IMG/VR virus record: IMGVR_UViG_3300012347_000264
Coordinates: 1-30,587 of that record
Reading direction: 5' to 3' (one strand)
DNA length: 30,587 bases
Source: a virus
Lineage: Duplodnaviria; Caudoviricetes
In this document: positions 7,372 to 16,259 of the stretch, one piece after another
Numbering within the stretch: position 1 is the stretch's first letter
How the letters are laid out: every line of letters begins with the position of its first letter
Translations under genes and position numbers: made by a program
The notes under the pieces: model-generated
Told to the model about the DNA's origin: nothing
The model's input: only the letters and a program-made list of their open reading frames with translations
Databases searched by the model: none

Positions 7372-7547
7372 CTCAATGCAAACTCGCTGGCATTGGAATC
7401 ATTTGAAAATCTAAAATGGTAATCGCTATTACTAAAAAGTGTAGTTGATATATCCATTGTCCACTCGGATTCGTTGTAATGTTTATTGCACCATGCAGCC
7501 GCTAGGGTTGCTCTATCTGTACCAGTTACGGTAATAGTATTGTTCAT
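7362..7547 (-). CDS. Small FxLRW-motif array protein
   Basis: WCNKHY...FRFSNDSNASEFALRWR. Confidence 0.8.
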   Translation of the reverse strand: MNNTITVTGTDRATLAAAWCNKHYNESEWTMDISTTLFSNSDYHFRFSNDSNASEFALRWR

Positions 7548-7555
7548 ATGTGTAC

Positions 7556-7564
7556 ATTATAACA
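7556..7564 (-). promoter_or_regulatory. Extended -10 promoter (TGTTATAAT)
   Basis: 8 nt upstream of ATG 7547, no SD in between. Confidence 0.6.
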
Positions 7565-7588
7565 GTAAACTTATTTTTTAGTTTACTA

Positions 7589-7954
7589 TCATTTCTTCAA
7601 AATATCCCAAGTCTTGGCTTTTTCCTGGATTTCTTTTTCCAAAGATCTGTATGCATCGCCGAGGCGTTTTAGCTCCTCCCACTCCTCTTCTAGCTTGTGG
7701 TTAGGGCTGAGTATTGCTAGCTTAGATTCGATGGCTGCTAGCATGGTTTTAACGCTTCTGCCACCTAGTACTAGGTCTGCTTCTTCTTGTAGGGTAATGC
7801 CCTGTCTGTTGATTACAACAGTACTTGATGTGTCGTCTGCCCACGTACCAGTTGAGGTTCCGAGAGTGTAAGAAGTACCAGTAAGACTGCTGGCTGCAAT
7901 TGTGCTCCATGTACTACTAGGGGCGGTTAGTGTTATATTTCCGTAATATGCCAT
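7589..7954 (-). CDS. Hypothetical protein (Ser/Thr-rich N-terminus, coiled-coil C-terminus)
   Basis: GGAG SD; ends KTWDILKK. Confidence 0.8.
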   Translation of the reverse strand: MAYYGNITLTAPSSTWSTIAASSLTGTSYTLGTSTGTWADDTSSTVVINRQGITLQEEADLVLGGRSVKTMLAAIESKLAILSPNHKLEEEWEELKRLGDAYRSLEKEIQEKAKTWDILKK

Positions 7955-7970
7955 ATATCTCCACGGCCGT

Positions 7971-7997
7971 AAAAAAGCCTATACCGTAGTATAGGCT
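7971..7997 (-). terminator. Rho-independent terminator
   Basis: agcctatac-cgta-gtataggct hairpin followed by T6 on the minus strand. Confidence 0.75.
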
Positions 7998-8020
7998 GTT
8001 TGTTAACTTAAGTCAACAGT

Positions 8021-8572
8021 TTAGAAATTACGTGTGTAGTTTACTACTGTAATATTTTGAGTGTTATCCCCGCGTACTCGGTCAAATCGTACACCAATAT
8101 TATCATTCTTGGTAAACGGGTAGCTTACGCCGGCTCGCAACGTATGAGTTTGGTCGCCATTAACCGAATCAACTGCACTGCGATAACGATAGCCTACTTT
8201 AGCAGTAAGAATTCCAACTGGCATAGTAATACCTGGCTCAACTGAGTAGTATGTAAAGTTATTGGCTGCAACAACTCGCTCACCTAATGCGGCACGAACA
8301 TACCCTTTAACATTTCCGCTTACCGGAGCAGTTACAGTAGCACCAACTTCAAACCGGCTAGTGACTGCATTAGTGTTTTCGGCTTGTGCAGTCGACAACA
8401 GGAAATCGCCAGTTACTGAATCAGTAAATGTACGGCGGATAGAGGTGCTAATAATTTGGCTGTCTGCTGCGCCTTTAACTCCATTGACGTTTTGATATTC
8501 GATGGATGCAGAATCAGCAAAAGAAGTAGCTGCTGCGAGTGCCATAGTAATGGCGATTGCAATTTTTTTCAT
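8021..8572 (-). CDS. Outer-membrane beta-barrel (porin-like) protein
   Basis: Sec signal peptide MKKIAIAITMALAAATSFA, alternating amphipathic strands, C-terminal Y-x-x-x-F (NYTRNF). Confidence 0.75.
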   Translation of the reverse strand: MKKIAIAITMALAAATSFADSASIEYQNVNGVKGAADSQIISTSIRRTFTDSVTGDFLLSTAQAENTNAVTSRFEVGATVTAPVSGNVKGYVRAALGERVVAANNFTYYSVEPGITMPVGILTAKVGYRYRSAVDSVNGDQTHTLRAGVSYPFTKNDNIGVRFDRVRGDNTQNITVVNYTRNF

Positions 8573-8607
8573 TGTTTTCCTTATATAAAATGAATAGCTA
8601 TAATAGC

Positions 8608-9453
8608 TTAAATATCGAACCCAAACGTTGGGTCGAACTCTTCGGCTTGTTGCTCGTAATTCTTATAGCCACGTGGGTTACAAATAATACGAGTGTCGCC
8701 AATTTGATAGTCGAACATGTCGTGAGTATGTCCGTGTGTCCAAACCTTAATCTCAGGATTGTCCAGAATAAACTCACTGAGGTCCGAGCTGTATGCTCCG
8801 TTCATGATAACATCATGTGTGTATCGAGGATGTGTGCTAACTTTGCTAGGGCTGTGATGTGTGCATACAACCACTGGCAAGTTTTTCTTTGCACGGTTTT
8901 CTTCTAAGAAGAATCTAAACAACTGCTTGGTCTTAACGTGCTCTGCAACAGTATGCTCAGGAACCAATCTGTGATACACATTTTTGGCTTCGTTGAGCAT
9001 GGTGACTTGCCTGTAGTCGTTCATCATACTTTTCATATGATACAGAGTAAGCTCGTCATTCTTGTTCATGTCGGTCCACAGTGTGCCACCAAGGAACAAT
9101 ACACCGTTGTATTCCACTGCTTCTTTTTCCAGCACGGTAACGTTAGCGGGCATCATTTCCTTTAGATGAGGAATGGTTTTATGGTAGGTGTATCCGTAGT
9201 GCTCATGGTTGCCTGCTACATAAAACACTTTGTCGTACTTGCAGCATTCTTCGTGAAAGAAACGAGTGTAACGATCACTACGTTTGAAGTTGCCAGTACT
9301 TGGGCTTCCTTCATTTAGAATGTTGTTGATATCGTACTCAGCTTTAACGTGTTTGGCTTCGCAAACATCTCCGCTGAGAATTAGTACTTCTCCACCTGGC
9401 AGCTCTAGGTCGCTAAACTCTAGGTGCAAATCACTGATAACATTTATACGCAT
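8608..9453 (-). CDS. Calcineurin-like metallophosphoesterase
   Basis: Motifs SDLH, SGD, AGNHE, THH, HGHTH, NPRGY. Confidence 0.92.
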   Translation of the reverse strand: MRINVISDLHLEFSDLELPGGEVLILSGDVCEAKHVKAEYDINNILNEGSPSTGNFKRSDRYTRFFHEECCKYDKVFYVAGNHEHYGYTYHKTIPHLKEMMPANVTVLEKEAVEYNGVLFLGGTLWTDMNKNDELTLYHMKSMMNDYRQVTMLNEAKNVYHRLVPEHTVAEHVKTKQLFRFFLEENRAKKNLPVVVCTHHSPSKVSTHPRYTHDVIMNGAYSSDLSEFILDNPEIKVWTHGHTHDMFDYQIGDTRIICNPRGYKNYEQQAEEFDPTFGFDI

Positions 9454-9459
9454 AGTACG

Positions 9460-9488
9460 ATTATATAGTCAAATGGAAATTTTGTAAA
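9460..9488 (-). promoter_or_regulatory. Sigma70-type promoter, leaderless arrangement
   Basis: TTTACA-17-TATAAT, 6 nt before ATG 9453. Confidence 0.7.
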
Positions 9489-9489
9489 G

Positions 9490-9512
9490 AAAAAAGGCTC
9501 CGAAGAGCCTTT
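9490..9512 (-). terminator. Rho-independent terminator
   Basis: GGCTC-TTCG-GAGCC-TTTTTT on the minus strand. Confidence 0.75.
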
Positions 9513-9535
9513 GTTTTTAAAGGAATGTAACCGAA

Positions 9536-9802
9536 TTAGACTAAGCCACGAGCCAATGCTTTGTAGCCAGCAGCAATAACCTTGCGGCTTGCTTTGCCAT
9601 GTTTGTATTCTGTTACACGAACACCATTGCCTGCAACTCGGCTATCAGTGTGGATAGCGAAGCCTGCTTGGCGGATACGTGTTGCTTCTGCAGATAGGTT
9701 GCCAATACCATAACGGTTCTTAGCTTCTGCGGGTGTTAGGGTCTCGCCGTCGAGTACCATTGCTTTAAAAGCCTTACCAGTCTTAGTTTCTAAATTAAAC
9801 AT
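9536..9802 (-). CDS. Probable winged helix-turn-helix protein
   Basis: GETLTPAEAKNRYGIGNLSAEATRIRQAGFAI resembles small phage wHTH proteins. Confidence 0.55.
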   Translation of the reverse strand: MFNLETKTGKAFKAMVLDGETLTPAEAKNRYGIGNLSAEATRIRQAGFAIHTDSRVAGNGVRVTEYKHGKASRKVIAAGYKALARGLV

Positions 9803-9847
9803 AATATATTTTCCTAAAGTAAATTGCTGTATTCAACAGCTGAGTCT

Positions 9848-9876
9848 ATTGTAGCAATTGCGTTAGCAAATTGCAA
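9848..9876 (-). promoter_or_regulatory. Sigma70-type promoter overlapped by an imperfect inverted repeat
   Basis: TTGCAA-17-(TGC)TACAAT; GCAATT repeats in inverted orientation. Confidence 0.55.
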
Positions 9877-9892
9877 CTACTAATTTAACCAT

Positions 9893-10408
9893 TTAATCGT
9901 CTAGCACTGCCCAGCCAAGACGATTAAGGTCTTCACGCACTTCGTCAGTGACTGTACCTTCGGGTACATACAGTGAGTCTGTGTCCGCAGTTTCTTGGTC
10001 CGAATCTCGGATACCACTACAGTACCAATCAATGTAGTCACCTTTTTCTTGCATGTCTGCAATAATTCCGCCAGCATAACGCCAGCTGCATCCCCAAGTT
10101 TCGTCTTTGAGAATTGGCATTACATCAAGACGTTGAAACTCGCGATTGCACATTGCAGCATACAAGTTTTGGGCATAATCATCCCGTGTACGTACTTTTT
10201 CCAGAATCCAATCTGTTGTGCGTAGATCATACTCTAGATTGTCTTTCTTCCATTCAGGGTCTTCTTCTTTGAGAAGAATTTCTGTGCGCCATTGCTGCTC
10301 CAGTTCAAGGAGTTTCTTGGCGGTTTCGTTGCTAGAATCTTCTTCTAGTTTTTTCGCATGATACGACATACTAAAAGTTCCTCTAGATGGACTTCTGCTA
10401 ATGGTCAA
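9893..10408 (-). CDS. Hypothetical phage protein
   Basis: 171-aa ORF; motif-like YAQNLYAAMCN, SWRYAGGIIA, YIDWYCSG. Confidence 0.8.
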   Translation of the reverse strand: MTISRSPSRGTFSMSYHAKKLEEDSSNETAKKLLELEQQWRTEILLKEEDPEWKKDNLEYDLRTTDWILEKVRTRDDYAQNLYAAMCNREFQRLDVMPILKDETWGCSWRYAGGIIADMQEKGDYIDWYCSGIRDSDQETADTDSLYVPEGTVTDEVREDLNRLGWAVLDD

Positions 10409-10704
10409 GATAGTACTCGGATATGAGTTACGTTTGCAGTTTTAAAACTGCGCCACTCGCTTTTATCCAAACACCAAACACTGAGAGTTTCTGGTTTAAA
10501 CAAACGAGTTTCATGCAAGGTTGCAGCGTCACGAGCAGGCAATGCACTTGCCATTAGAGTGCAAGGCATAGTACGCACTTCACCATTCACTTTGGTGAAG
10601 GTTACTTCACACTGGTGTTTCCACAGCAAGTTCTGGATGTCACGATGACGCTCCGCGATATCAAGATCGGGATTATCATTGTTGAAGTGGTACTCTAAAC
10701 TCAC
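10405..10704 (-). CDS. WYL-like (Sm/SH3-fold, WYL_2-type) protein
   Basis: VTFTKVNGEVRTMPCTL...VWCLDKSEWRSF pattern. Confidence 0.7.
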   Translation of the reverse strand: MSLEYHFNNDNPDLDIAERHRDIQNLLWKHQCEVTFTKVNGEVRTMPCTLMASALPARDAATLHETRLFKPETLSVWCLDKSEWRSFKTANVTHIRVLS

Positions 10705-10880
10705 TTATCGCCTTTGTTACGGTTGTTGCGGTTAGTACGCTGATTAGCATCAGCTTGTGCAATTTTCACATAGCTGCGAATGAATGCACCACGAACATTG
10801 CGGTCCATGATTGTTGCGGCCAATGTCTTAACTGGCTTGCTAATCTTAACAGCTTTTGAGTCGTATCCTTTACAGGTCAT
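10701..10880 (-). CDS. Small basic hypothetical protein (59 aa; not in the ORF track)
   Basis: AAGGA SD, MTCKGYDSKAVKISKPVK...NKGDK*, GTGA overlap with the next gene. Confidence 0.7.
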   Translation of the reverse strand: MTCKGYDSKAVKISKPVKTLAATIMDRNVRGAFIRSYVKIAQADANQRTNRNNRNKGDK

Positions 10881-10934
10881 TTGTAATCCTTAGTTGGTTG
10901 AAAGTTGTATTTTACAGGAAAGTGTTGATAAAGT

Positions 10935-11168
10935 CTAGGCTTTATCTTTCAGAAGGTTAAACGTTTCTTCGTGATTGTAAATGTGTGCCACGCATTGCAA
11001 ATATCCTTTTGCTAATGCGTAATTGATCATGTCACGAACGTGGTGAGGCGTTTCGGGGAGGATCTTCACCATTGCTCTTGGATACCCGATAGTACCATCC
11101 ATGATCATAAAGCCACTTTGATTTTGATAAATGGCTTTAACATTTGAATCGGGTAGTTTAAAAGTCAT
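10935..11168 (-). CDS. Hypothetical protein
   Basis: ATGA overlap; TAG stop. Confidence 0.75.
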   Translation of the reverse strand: MTFKLPDSNVKAIYQNQSGFMIMDGTIGYPRAMVKILPETPHHVRDMINYALAKGYLQCVAHIYNHEETFNLLKDKA

Positions 11169-11494
11169 CGTTTTAACTGGTCAAAAAGTTCTTGTCGGTC
11201 ACGAACAAAGCACTCGTATGCAGCGTGTAAACAAGTTAGAACATAATACGCAAACGTTAGAATGATATATCCTTTGATAATATCGTCTAACCAGTCTATG
11301 GGCAAAGTAAGTGCCGCGCCCAGCAATACACCAATGCCCAGGACCATTGATCCAAGAACCCACAGCAGTAGCGCCAACATAAACTCAGTTCCGATCATCT
11401 TTTTAAATGTACGGTGTGTTTCGACTAGGCGCTCGCCTAGTTTACCAAAACTCCAGCGTATAAATGCAGAACAAATAGCAAGAAAGTTTTTCAT
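11165..11494 (-). CDS. Hypothetical membrane protein
   Basis: Two hydrophobic segments; ATGA overlaps. Confidence 0.75.
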   Translation of the reverse strand: MKNFLAICSAFIRWSFGKLGERLVETHRTFKKMIGTEFMLALLLWVLGSMVLGIGVLLGAALTLPIDWLDDIIKGYIILTFAYYVLTCLHAAYECFVRDRQELFDQLKR

Positions 11495-11700
11495 TTTTCA
11501 AATACCTTTTTAATGGGTTCGTGGTACTCCAGCCCAAACGAGTGTTTGATACGCTGGATGGCTGGAACTTGTAATTGGTGATCACCAATTGCTTCGAGCA
11601 TGTGCTCAATTAACAGCTCAGATAAAACATGTGCCCGCCCTGCAAGCTCTGGTGCAGCATAGCCGGCTTTGGTCATAATTTCTTTGAGCTTTTGGTTCAT
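11491..11700 (-). CDS. Hypothetical protein
   Basis: ATGA overlaps at both ends. Confidence 0.75.
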   Translation of the reverse strand: MNQKLKEIMTKAGYAAPELAGRAHVLSELLIEHMLEAIGDHQLQVPAIQRIKHSFGLEYHEPIKKVFEK

Positions 11701-12140
11701 GGGTTGACTATAAAAGTATCAACTTCGATATAGCCTACATTTTCAAAGTAGCCAGCAGCTGGGTTACTTTGTCGGACTTTTTCACCACCATCAACTTCGA
11801 ACTCGATACTGAACTCAGGATCGCGTTTGTTGTTTTCTTCTTCCCATTGTGCTTTGGCCTTCATTGCCAACGCAGAGTCTTTGAACGCCCAAATGATTTC
11901 ACCTTTGCCGCTTGCACGACCGAAAGTGTCACCTGTGTCATAGGTCATGTAAAGCACAAACACTGGGTCACCTGCCTTAACCTCCACAAGACACCCCAGC
12001 TTTTCTTCGCCCCAACGGTCACGACTGGTTAAGCTAACACCCTTAACACGAAAATCGTATTCTTCGCGCCAGCTGCCGTACTCTTCGGGCTCTCGGTGAC
12101 TGTGAGTGCAGTGCTCGTCATACTGTACAAATAGATCCAT
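11697..12140 (-). CDS. Hypothetical protein
   Basis: 147-aa ORF, TAATG overlap. Confidence 0.8.
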   Translation of the reverse strand: MDLFVQYDEHCTHSHREPEEYGSWREEYDFRVKGVSLTSRDRWGEEKLGCLVEVKAGDPVFVLYMTYDTGDTFGRASGKGEIIWAFKDSALAMKAKAQWEEENNKRDPEFSIEFEVDGGEKVRQSNPAAGYFENVGYIEVDTFIVNP

Positions 12141-12334
12141 TATTTAGACTTTTTAAAAAATTGTTTGACTGCATTATAGCAGGGTTGGATTATTTCCATG
12201 TACAAAATGGTGCCAATGACAGCAAATGGTATGTACACCAAATAGATGCATAATGCAATCTTGCTAGGAACAGTGCGAGGTTGTCCCCAACCGTCCTTGT
12301 CCCAAATCTCTTTGAATTCTAACCACAATGTCAT
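12140..12334 (-). CDS. Small membrane protein
   Basis: Start MTLWLEF at ATGA overlap; one TM segment. Confidence 0.65.
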   Translation of the reverse strand: MTLWLEFKEIWDKDGWGQPRTVPSKIALCIYLVYIPFAVIGTILYMEIIQPCYNAVKQFFKKSK

Positions 12335-12450
12335 TTTGAACATGCCCCCGGCGACTTCGCACAAATGTGAAAGTCAATGACATTAATGGATCCAAGCGTA
12401 AACATTATGCAAAACCAAACACCTACTCCTGCAAAGAAATTTTTCATCAT
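12331..12450 (-). CDS. Small membrane peptide (39 aa; not in the ORF track)
   Basis: MMKNFFAGVGVWFCIMFTLGSINVIDFHICAKSPGACSK*, ATGA overlaps on both sides. Confidence 0.6.
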   Translation of the reverse strand: MMKNFFAGVGVWFCIMFTLGSINVIDFHICAKSPGACSK

Positions 12451-12641
12451 TTAGCTCCGAGATTGTTGTTGTGTTCCTTGGCCAATGCGTCAAATGTTTC
12501 TTGCTTACGATCATTGATATAGCACTGTGCTATAAACAACATTTGATACGCATGATCCTCGTTGACGGGAAGGACGATTTTCTCACCTCGCTCAAGTTCT
12601 TCAAGCAAGGCCAATCGTTCGCTGGTAGTATAAGGTATCAC
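12447..12641 (-). CDS. Hypothetical protein
   Basis: GTGA overlap with the ligase stop. Confidence 0.7.
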   Translation of the reverse strand: MIPYTTSERLALLEELERGEKIVLPVNEDHAYQMLFIAQCYINDRKQETFDALAKEHNNNLGAK

Positions 12642-14047
12642 AGTTTTTCACCTTTAGCAAAACCACGCCATGTTTTAAAACGTGGGAATCGCAAGCTCCA
12701 AACATCTGTGCTGTCTTGATTCAGTGTAGCAGCATCTGCACGAACTTCGCCCACGTCACCGATTACTGTTGCACCGGGCATTGCAGTATGCTTGCGAGTC
12801 TTTCCCGAAACCTTTGACGACCATTCAACTGGCTTGCCAATGTGTGACGCCCAAATCTCTGCACGATCCTTGTCGCTCCATCCACCACCAACACTTACGC
12901 GAATGAACTTGCCGTCATCTGTGCCTTCAAAAATAACAGCACCCATCTTGCCCACGTTCTTACCAGTGCCTTCTTCAATTTGAACAGCAGTCAGCGACAC
13001 TTCAATGAAAGGCTTCATTTTGAGCCAGCTGTATGTGCGATCACACTCGTAAACATCATCAAGCTCTTTGAGCATAATGCCTTCGTAACGTGGCTTACCT
13101 GTTGCTGGATCAATTTCAATTGCTTGTGCATTGATTTCCATAAGGCGTGAGTAGCCATCTGGGGTATCCAGATCAACGATTTCTTGTCCCACAACAGTAA
13201 CGTTGGGCATGTGATCTTCAACAGGAGTAAACCATTCTAGCAAGTCTGCACTACGTTGAACTTGAGTGCGAGTACTAAAGCCGTCTTGGAATTCGCTAAG
13301 TGGCAGAATATCAAACAAGTTAAGCACAGCATCGTCGGTGTTGACGTCACTCTTGCGTTTGGCCTGCTTCATCAAGTCTTGAAAGTTAGCACTCATGATT
13401 TCGCCATCAAGCACCATTGGCTCAGTGAATGCCGCAGCTTGTGCAGCAATCTGGCGTTTAACTTCTTCAAAGTTAACCAACTCTTTGCCGTTACGGCTGT
13501 ATTGATCAACTTTACCGCGTGGATACGCGATAGTAATCACACGCATGCCATCAAGTTTGACCTCGATGATTTTCTTGCCCTTGATCTTTTCTTCGTTCTT
13601 TGCACCATCGTGTGCAAGTTGGCAAGTGAACACAGGCACATGATACTTGGGGTCAGCATGCTTGTTAATGGTGCTGTCGCTGGTGCCACAACGCATGTCT
13701 TTGATGAGAATGCGACGATACCAACCATTCCATTGTTCTTGTGTGGCCTGTGCCATAATAGCATCCAGTGCCGCTTGTGCTGCATTACCTGTGAGTGTGC
13801 GATTTTGCAGTTGATCTGCTACAGCCCAAAAATCATTGTCAGTGAGGCCGGGTCCGTCTTGACTGGATTCTTTGACCTTCTTAACGCCAAACGTGATCAT
13901 TGCATCGTATGCTGCACGGAATCCTTTGAACAGTTCGTTGTTACCTGCACGGCTTTCGCGGGCAATAACATCTTCCTTAAACAGGCGGCTGTTGTCAGAT
14001 TCAAGTTCGGCGATTACGTCCCAAGGTGCTTGCATTGTTTTCTCCAT
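12638..14047 (-). CDS. lig: ATP-dependent DNA ligase
   Basis: Motif I EVKLDGMR, III VLDGEI, IIIa LFDIL, IV YEGIMLK, V WLKMK, VI SLRFPRF; start may be MQAPW at 14035. Confidence 0.95.
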   Translation of the reverse strand: MEKTMQAPWDVIAELESDNSRLFKEDVIARESRAGNNELFKGFRAAYDAMITFGVKKVKESSQDGPGLTDNDFWAVADQLQNRTLTGNAAQAALDAIMAQATQEQWNGWYRRILIKDMRCGTSDSTINKHADPKYHVPVFTCQLAHDGAKNEEKIKGKKIIEVKLDGMRVITIAYPRGKVDQYSRNGKELVNFEEVKRQIAAQAAAFTEPMVLDGEIMSANFQDLMKQAKRKSDVNTDDAVLNLFDILPLSEFQDGFSTRTQVQRSADLLEWFTPVEDHMPNVTVVGQEIVDLDTPDGYSRLMEINAQAIEIDPATGKPRYEGIMLKELDDVYECDRTYSWLKMKPFIEVSLTAVQIEEGTGKNVGKMGAVIFEGTDDGKFIRVSVGGGWSDKDRAEIWASHIGKPVEWSSKVSGKTRKHTAMPGATVIGDVGEVRADAATLNQDSTDVWSLRFPRFKTWRGFAKGEKL

Positions 14048-14054
14048 TTGTGAT

Positions 14055-14063
14055 ATTATAGCA
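14055..14063 (-). promoter_or_regulatory. Extended -10 promoter (TGCTATAAT)
   Basis: 7 nt upstream of the ligase ATG. Confidence 0.65.
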
Positions 14064-14073
14064 CAGTTTTGGT

Positions 14074-14547
14074 TTATTTGCGGCGCTGGTCTGATCCGGC
14101 GATGATCATGTAACCGTAACGCTGATGGAATTCAGTAAAGGTAGTTAAGCGGTCTGGGCTAATAGCTAAACGCAGATCACGCAAGAGGTGACGTGCAATG
14201 TACACCGGGAACGCCACTTCTGCAATAACCGGCGGAATCTTACGCAATTCTTCTTCTAGAGTGGCACGATCCTTGCCAAACATCACAACCATTTCATTAA
14301 CATCCTCTGCATACTTTTCTTTGGCTGGGTCAGAGTAAGGAGAATTTCCAAAGCTAACTGGAGCAGGGAAATTGGCGTGTACAAAAGTATACAGATTGTC
14401 CCATGCTTTACAAATAGGAGCACTGAGTTCTGTGCCTTGCTCACTGTAGTACCATGTAGTAAACTCACCATTGGCTGCAATTACTGCATCATTGACTGCG
14501 ATTGTAGCGTCCATCAATGCAAGTGCGTCTGTGTACTTTTGAAACAT
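14074..14547 (-). CDS. Hypothetical protein
   Basis: AGGAG SD, 157-aa ORF. Confidence 0.8.
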   Translation of the reverse strand: MFQKYTDALALMDATIAVNDAVIAANGEFTTWYYSEQGTELSAPICKAWDNLYTFVHANFPAPVSFGNSPYSDPAKEKYAEDVNEMVVMFGKDRATLEEELRKIPPVIAEVAFPVYIARHLLRDLRLAISPDRLTTFTEFHQRYGYMIIAGSDQRRK

Positions 14548-14623
14548 CTCTAACTCCTGTGTGTTGCTATGCCATTAGTATAACACCAAAATGGGCAGAT
14601 TGCCCAAAAAGATAGAAATATTT

Positions 14624-14643
14624 TGTTGTATTTTTACAACAAA
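14624..14643. promoter_or_regulatory. Palindromic operator-like site TGTTGTA-N4-TACAACA (copy 1)
   Basis: Identical 20-mer at 23832-23851; upstream of a TGTTATACT -10 at 14577-14585; second palindrome GTAATAC-TAA-GTATTAC at 14644-14660. Confidence 0.6.
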
Positions 14644-14662
14644 GTAATACTAAGTATTACGA

Positions 14663-14971
14663 TTATTCCGACAGGTCTTCTTTGAGTGTGTCAAACAACA
14701 TGAGTTTTTCGTATGCTTCTTTGATTTGTGCAAAAGACTCGTTCATGGAATTGACACGCTGTTGCATGTAATGCAACTGACTTCTATCAAACCCCCGGAG
14801 ATCATCTACGGCTTTAAATGCTTCTGCCATGTCATGCTCTGCACCCACTTTAACCCAGGCACTATCCCATGCTTTGTCATATGGGCCCGATACGCAATGC
14901 AATTTCGCAATTTCTGCATAGCTTACTTCACATAACACTTTGCTTGAATCAATTTGTGCAATAACTTTCAT
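14663..14971 (-). CDS. Hypothetical protein
   Basis: Start MKVIAQID at ATGA overlap after GAGG SD. Confidence 0.75.
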   Translation of the reverse strand: MKVIAQIDSSKVLCEVSYAEIAKLHCVSGPYDKAWDSAWVKVGAEHDMAEAFKAVDDLRGFDRSQLHYMQQRVNSMNESFAQIKEAYEKLMLFDTLKEDLSE

Positions 14972-15135
14972 TTGATTTCCTCTAGTTTTTCTGCAGGGAT
15001 CACACGCAGGTGTGGCTCGCCTGGCAAGTCTGGGTTCACAGTATAAACATCGTTGCCAATGCTGATAAACAACTTGTACACAATGGTGCCCGGCGCCATG
15101 TCGTAGTGTTGTGCGATTAGTTTGAATTTTCGCAT
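14968..15135 (-). CDS. Small hypothetical protein
   Basis: Start MRKFKLIAQ after AAGG; fills the gap between neighbours. Confidence 0.65.
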   Translation of the reverse strand: MRKFKLIAQHYDMAPGTIVYKLFISIGNDVYTVNPDLPGEPHLRVIPAEKLEEIK

Positions 15136-15443
15136 AATTGCCTTTGTAATAAATCCCAAGCAAGACCATTCCAACGTTTGAATTCTACCCAACAGCCTAA
15201 GCTATCTTCTTTCCAAAGAATTTCAAACCATTCATTGTCGGTGTCTTTGTAAACTGTTCGCCACCCTGGGCCAAACAGGCCTACAACGTAGTGTAACACA
15301 TTTTCGGCATCGTTAGTGATGGTTGTACCACCAGTGAGATTTGCAATGTCTTCAATTACGAATATCTTATTTGCGTAGTCTGTTTCAACTACTACCCATG
15401 AACAACGCAGGGAATTCTTGCCAACGTTAGACTGTGATATCAT
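15117..15443 (-). CDS. Hypothetical protein
   Basis: TITNDAENVL...YKDTDNEWFEI; ATGA overlap. Confidence 0.75.
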   Translation of the reverse strand: MISQSNVGKNSLRCSWVVVETDYANKIFVIEDIANLTGGTTITNDAENVLHYVVGLFGPGWRTVYKDTDNEWFEILWKEDSLGCWVEFKRWNGLAWDLLQRQLCENSN

Positions 15444-15721
15444 TTTAGAATTTCCCATAACTTTTCATTGCGGTAATCTTTCCATGCACGATCATATTGC
15501 TCAAGTGTTATTAACCCCGCGGCGCCAACCCTAACAACATTATTGGTATCCAGCGGACCTGGCGCCCGAGTTGCCCAATAACTGTTTGCGTGTACACTTG
15601 TGGGTTCAATGATTTTCCAAACTGGGTACGGAGTAGAGGAAGGCGCATGCCTATTCCACCTACACACCAAGGTACCCGGGGAGTGTACAATTACTTCACA
15701 GCAGTCGACAACGTTTCCCAC
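15440..15721 (-). CDS. Hypothetical protein (start uncertain)
   Basis: Fits the minus-strand gene run; ends KLWEILK. Confidence 0.6.
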   Translation of the reverse strand: MGNVVDCCEVIVHSPGTLVCRWNRHAPSSTPYPVWKIIEPTSVHANSYWATRAPGPLDTNNVVRVGAAGLITLEQYDRAWKDYRNEKLWEILK

Positions 15722-16032
15722 ATTACCCTCTTTTCATATCTGTCCACGTATGCACTGCGGCAACCATTTGTGTCATTGACCCAGTCCATTACTATTTTAA
15801 AATCGCCCCAGCAGTTTGTTGGAGCATTGTGCATAACCCAAAGTGCTATGCTCGAAAGGTTAGGGCGATTGGCATAGTCGCTGCGACTTGCTGCACCCAT
15901 TAAGTCGTTGCCCAGTACTGACATAAGAAAGCTGCCCGGCTCAAATCCCCTAAAGATAAAATCCTCTAAGGCTTGTTGCGTGTGCTCGGGCACATTGTAG
16001 CTTTCGAAATTTAATCGTGTTTTGCGAGTCAT
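15691..16032 (-). CDS. Hypothetical phage protein
   Basis: PGSFLMSVLGNDL...A...D..N...P..CWG pattern; ATG 5 nt after TGCTATAAT (16038-16046). Confidence 0.8.
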   Translation of the reverse strand: MTRKTRLNFESYNVPEHTQQALEDFIFRGFEPGSFLMSVLGNDLMGAASRSDYANRPNLSSIALWVMHNAPTNCWGDFKIVMDWVNDTNGCRSAYVDRYEKRVMWETLSTAVK

Positions 16033-16067
16033 GCCCAATTATAGCATTAAATAGGTTTAACGCAAAA

Positions 16068-16259
16068 TTAGTACTTTAGTGCTATGTAACTGGCCAGTTG
16101 ATCATCTTCAATGGTGATCCAATAGCCGGGCGACATTTTCCCTTCGTACTCATGAATTCCACGAGTGTGCGGCCAATGCTTGACTTTGTTCTCGCGTATC
16201 AACGTATTAATTTCTGCGTACAATCTGTGTGGAACAAAGAACTTAAAAGTCGTCATCAT
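16068..16259 (-). CDS. Small protein, distant array-family member
   Basis: Ends ITIEDDQLASYIALKY. Confidence 0.7.
   Translation of the reverse strand: MMTTFKFFVPHRLYAEINTLIRENKVKHWPHTRGIHEYEGKMSPGYWITIEDDQLASYIALKY

Noticed and set aside
1-7547. Array diversity generated by a diversity-generating retroelement
   Set aside because: No reverse transcriptase and no near-identical template/variable repeat pair differing only at adenines was seen in the window.
14567-14575. Second ATG GCA TAG upstream of 14074..14547 as another readthrough case
   Set aside because: It lies 1 nt after the -10 box (probably upstream of the TSS), has no SD, and is out of frame with the gene, which has its own AGGAG-led ATG.
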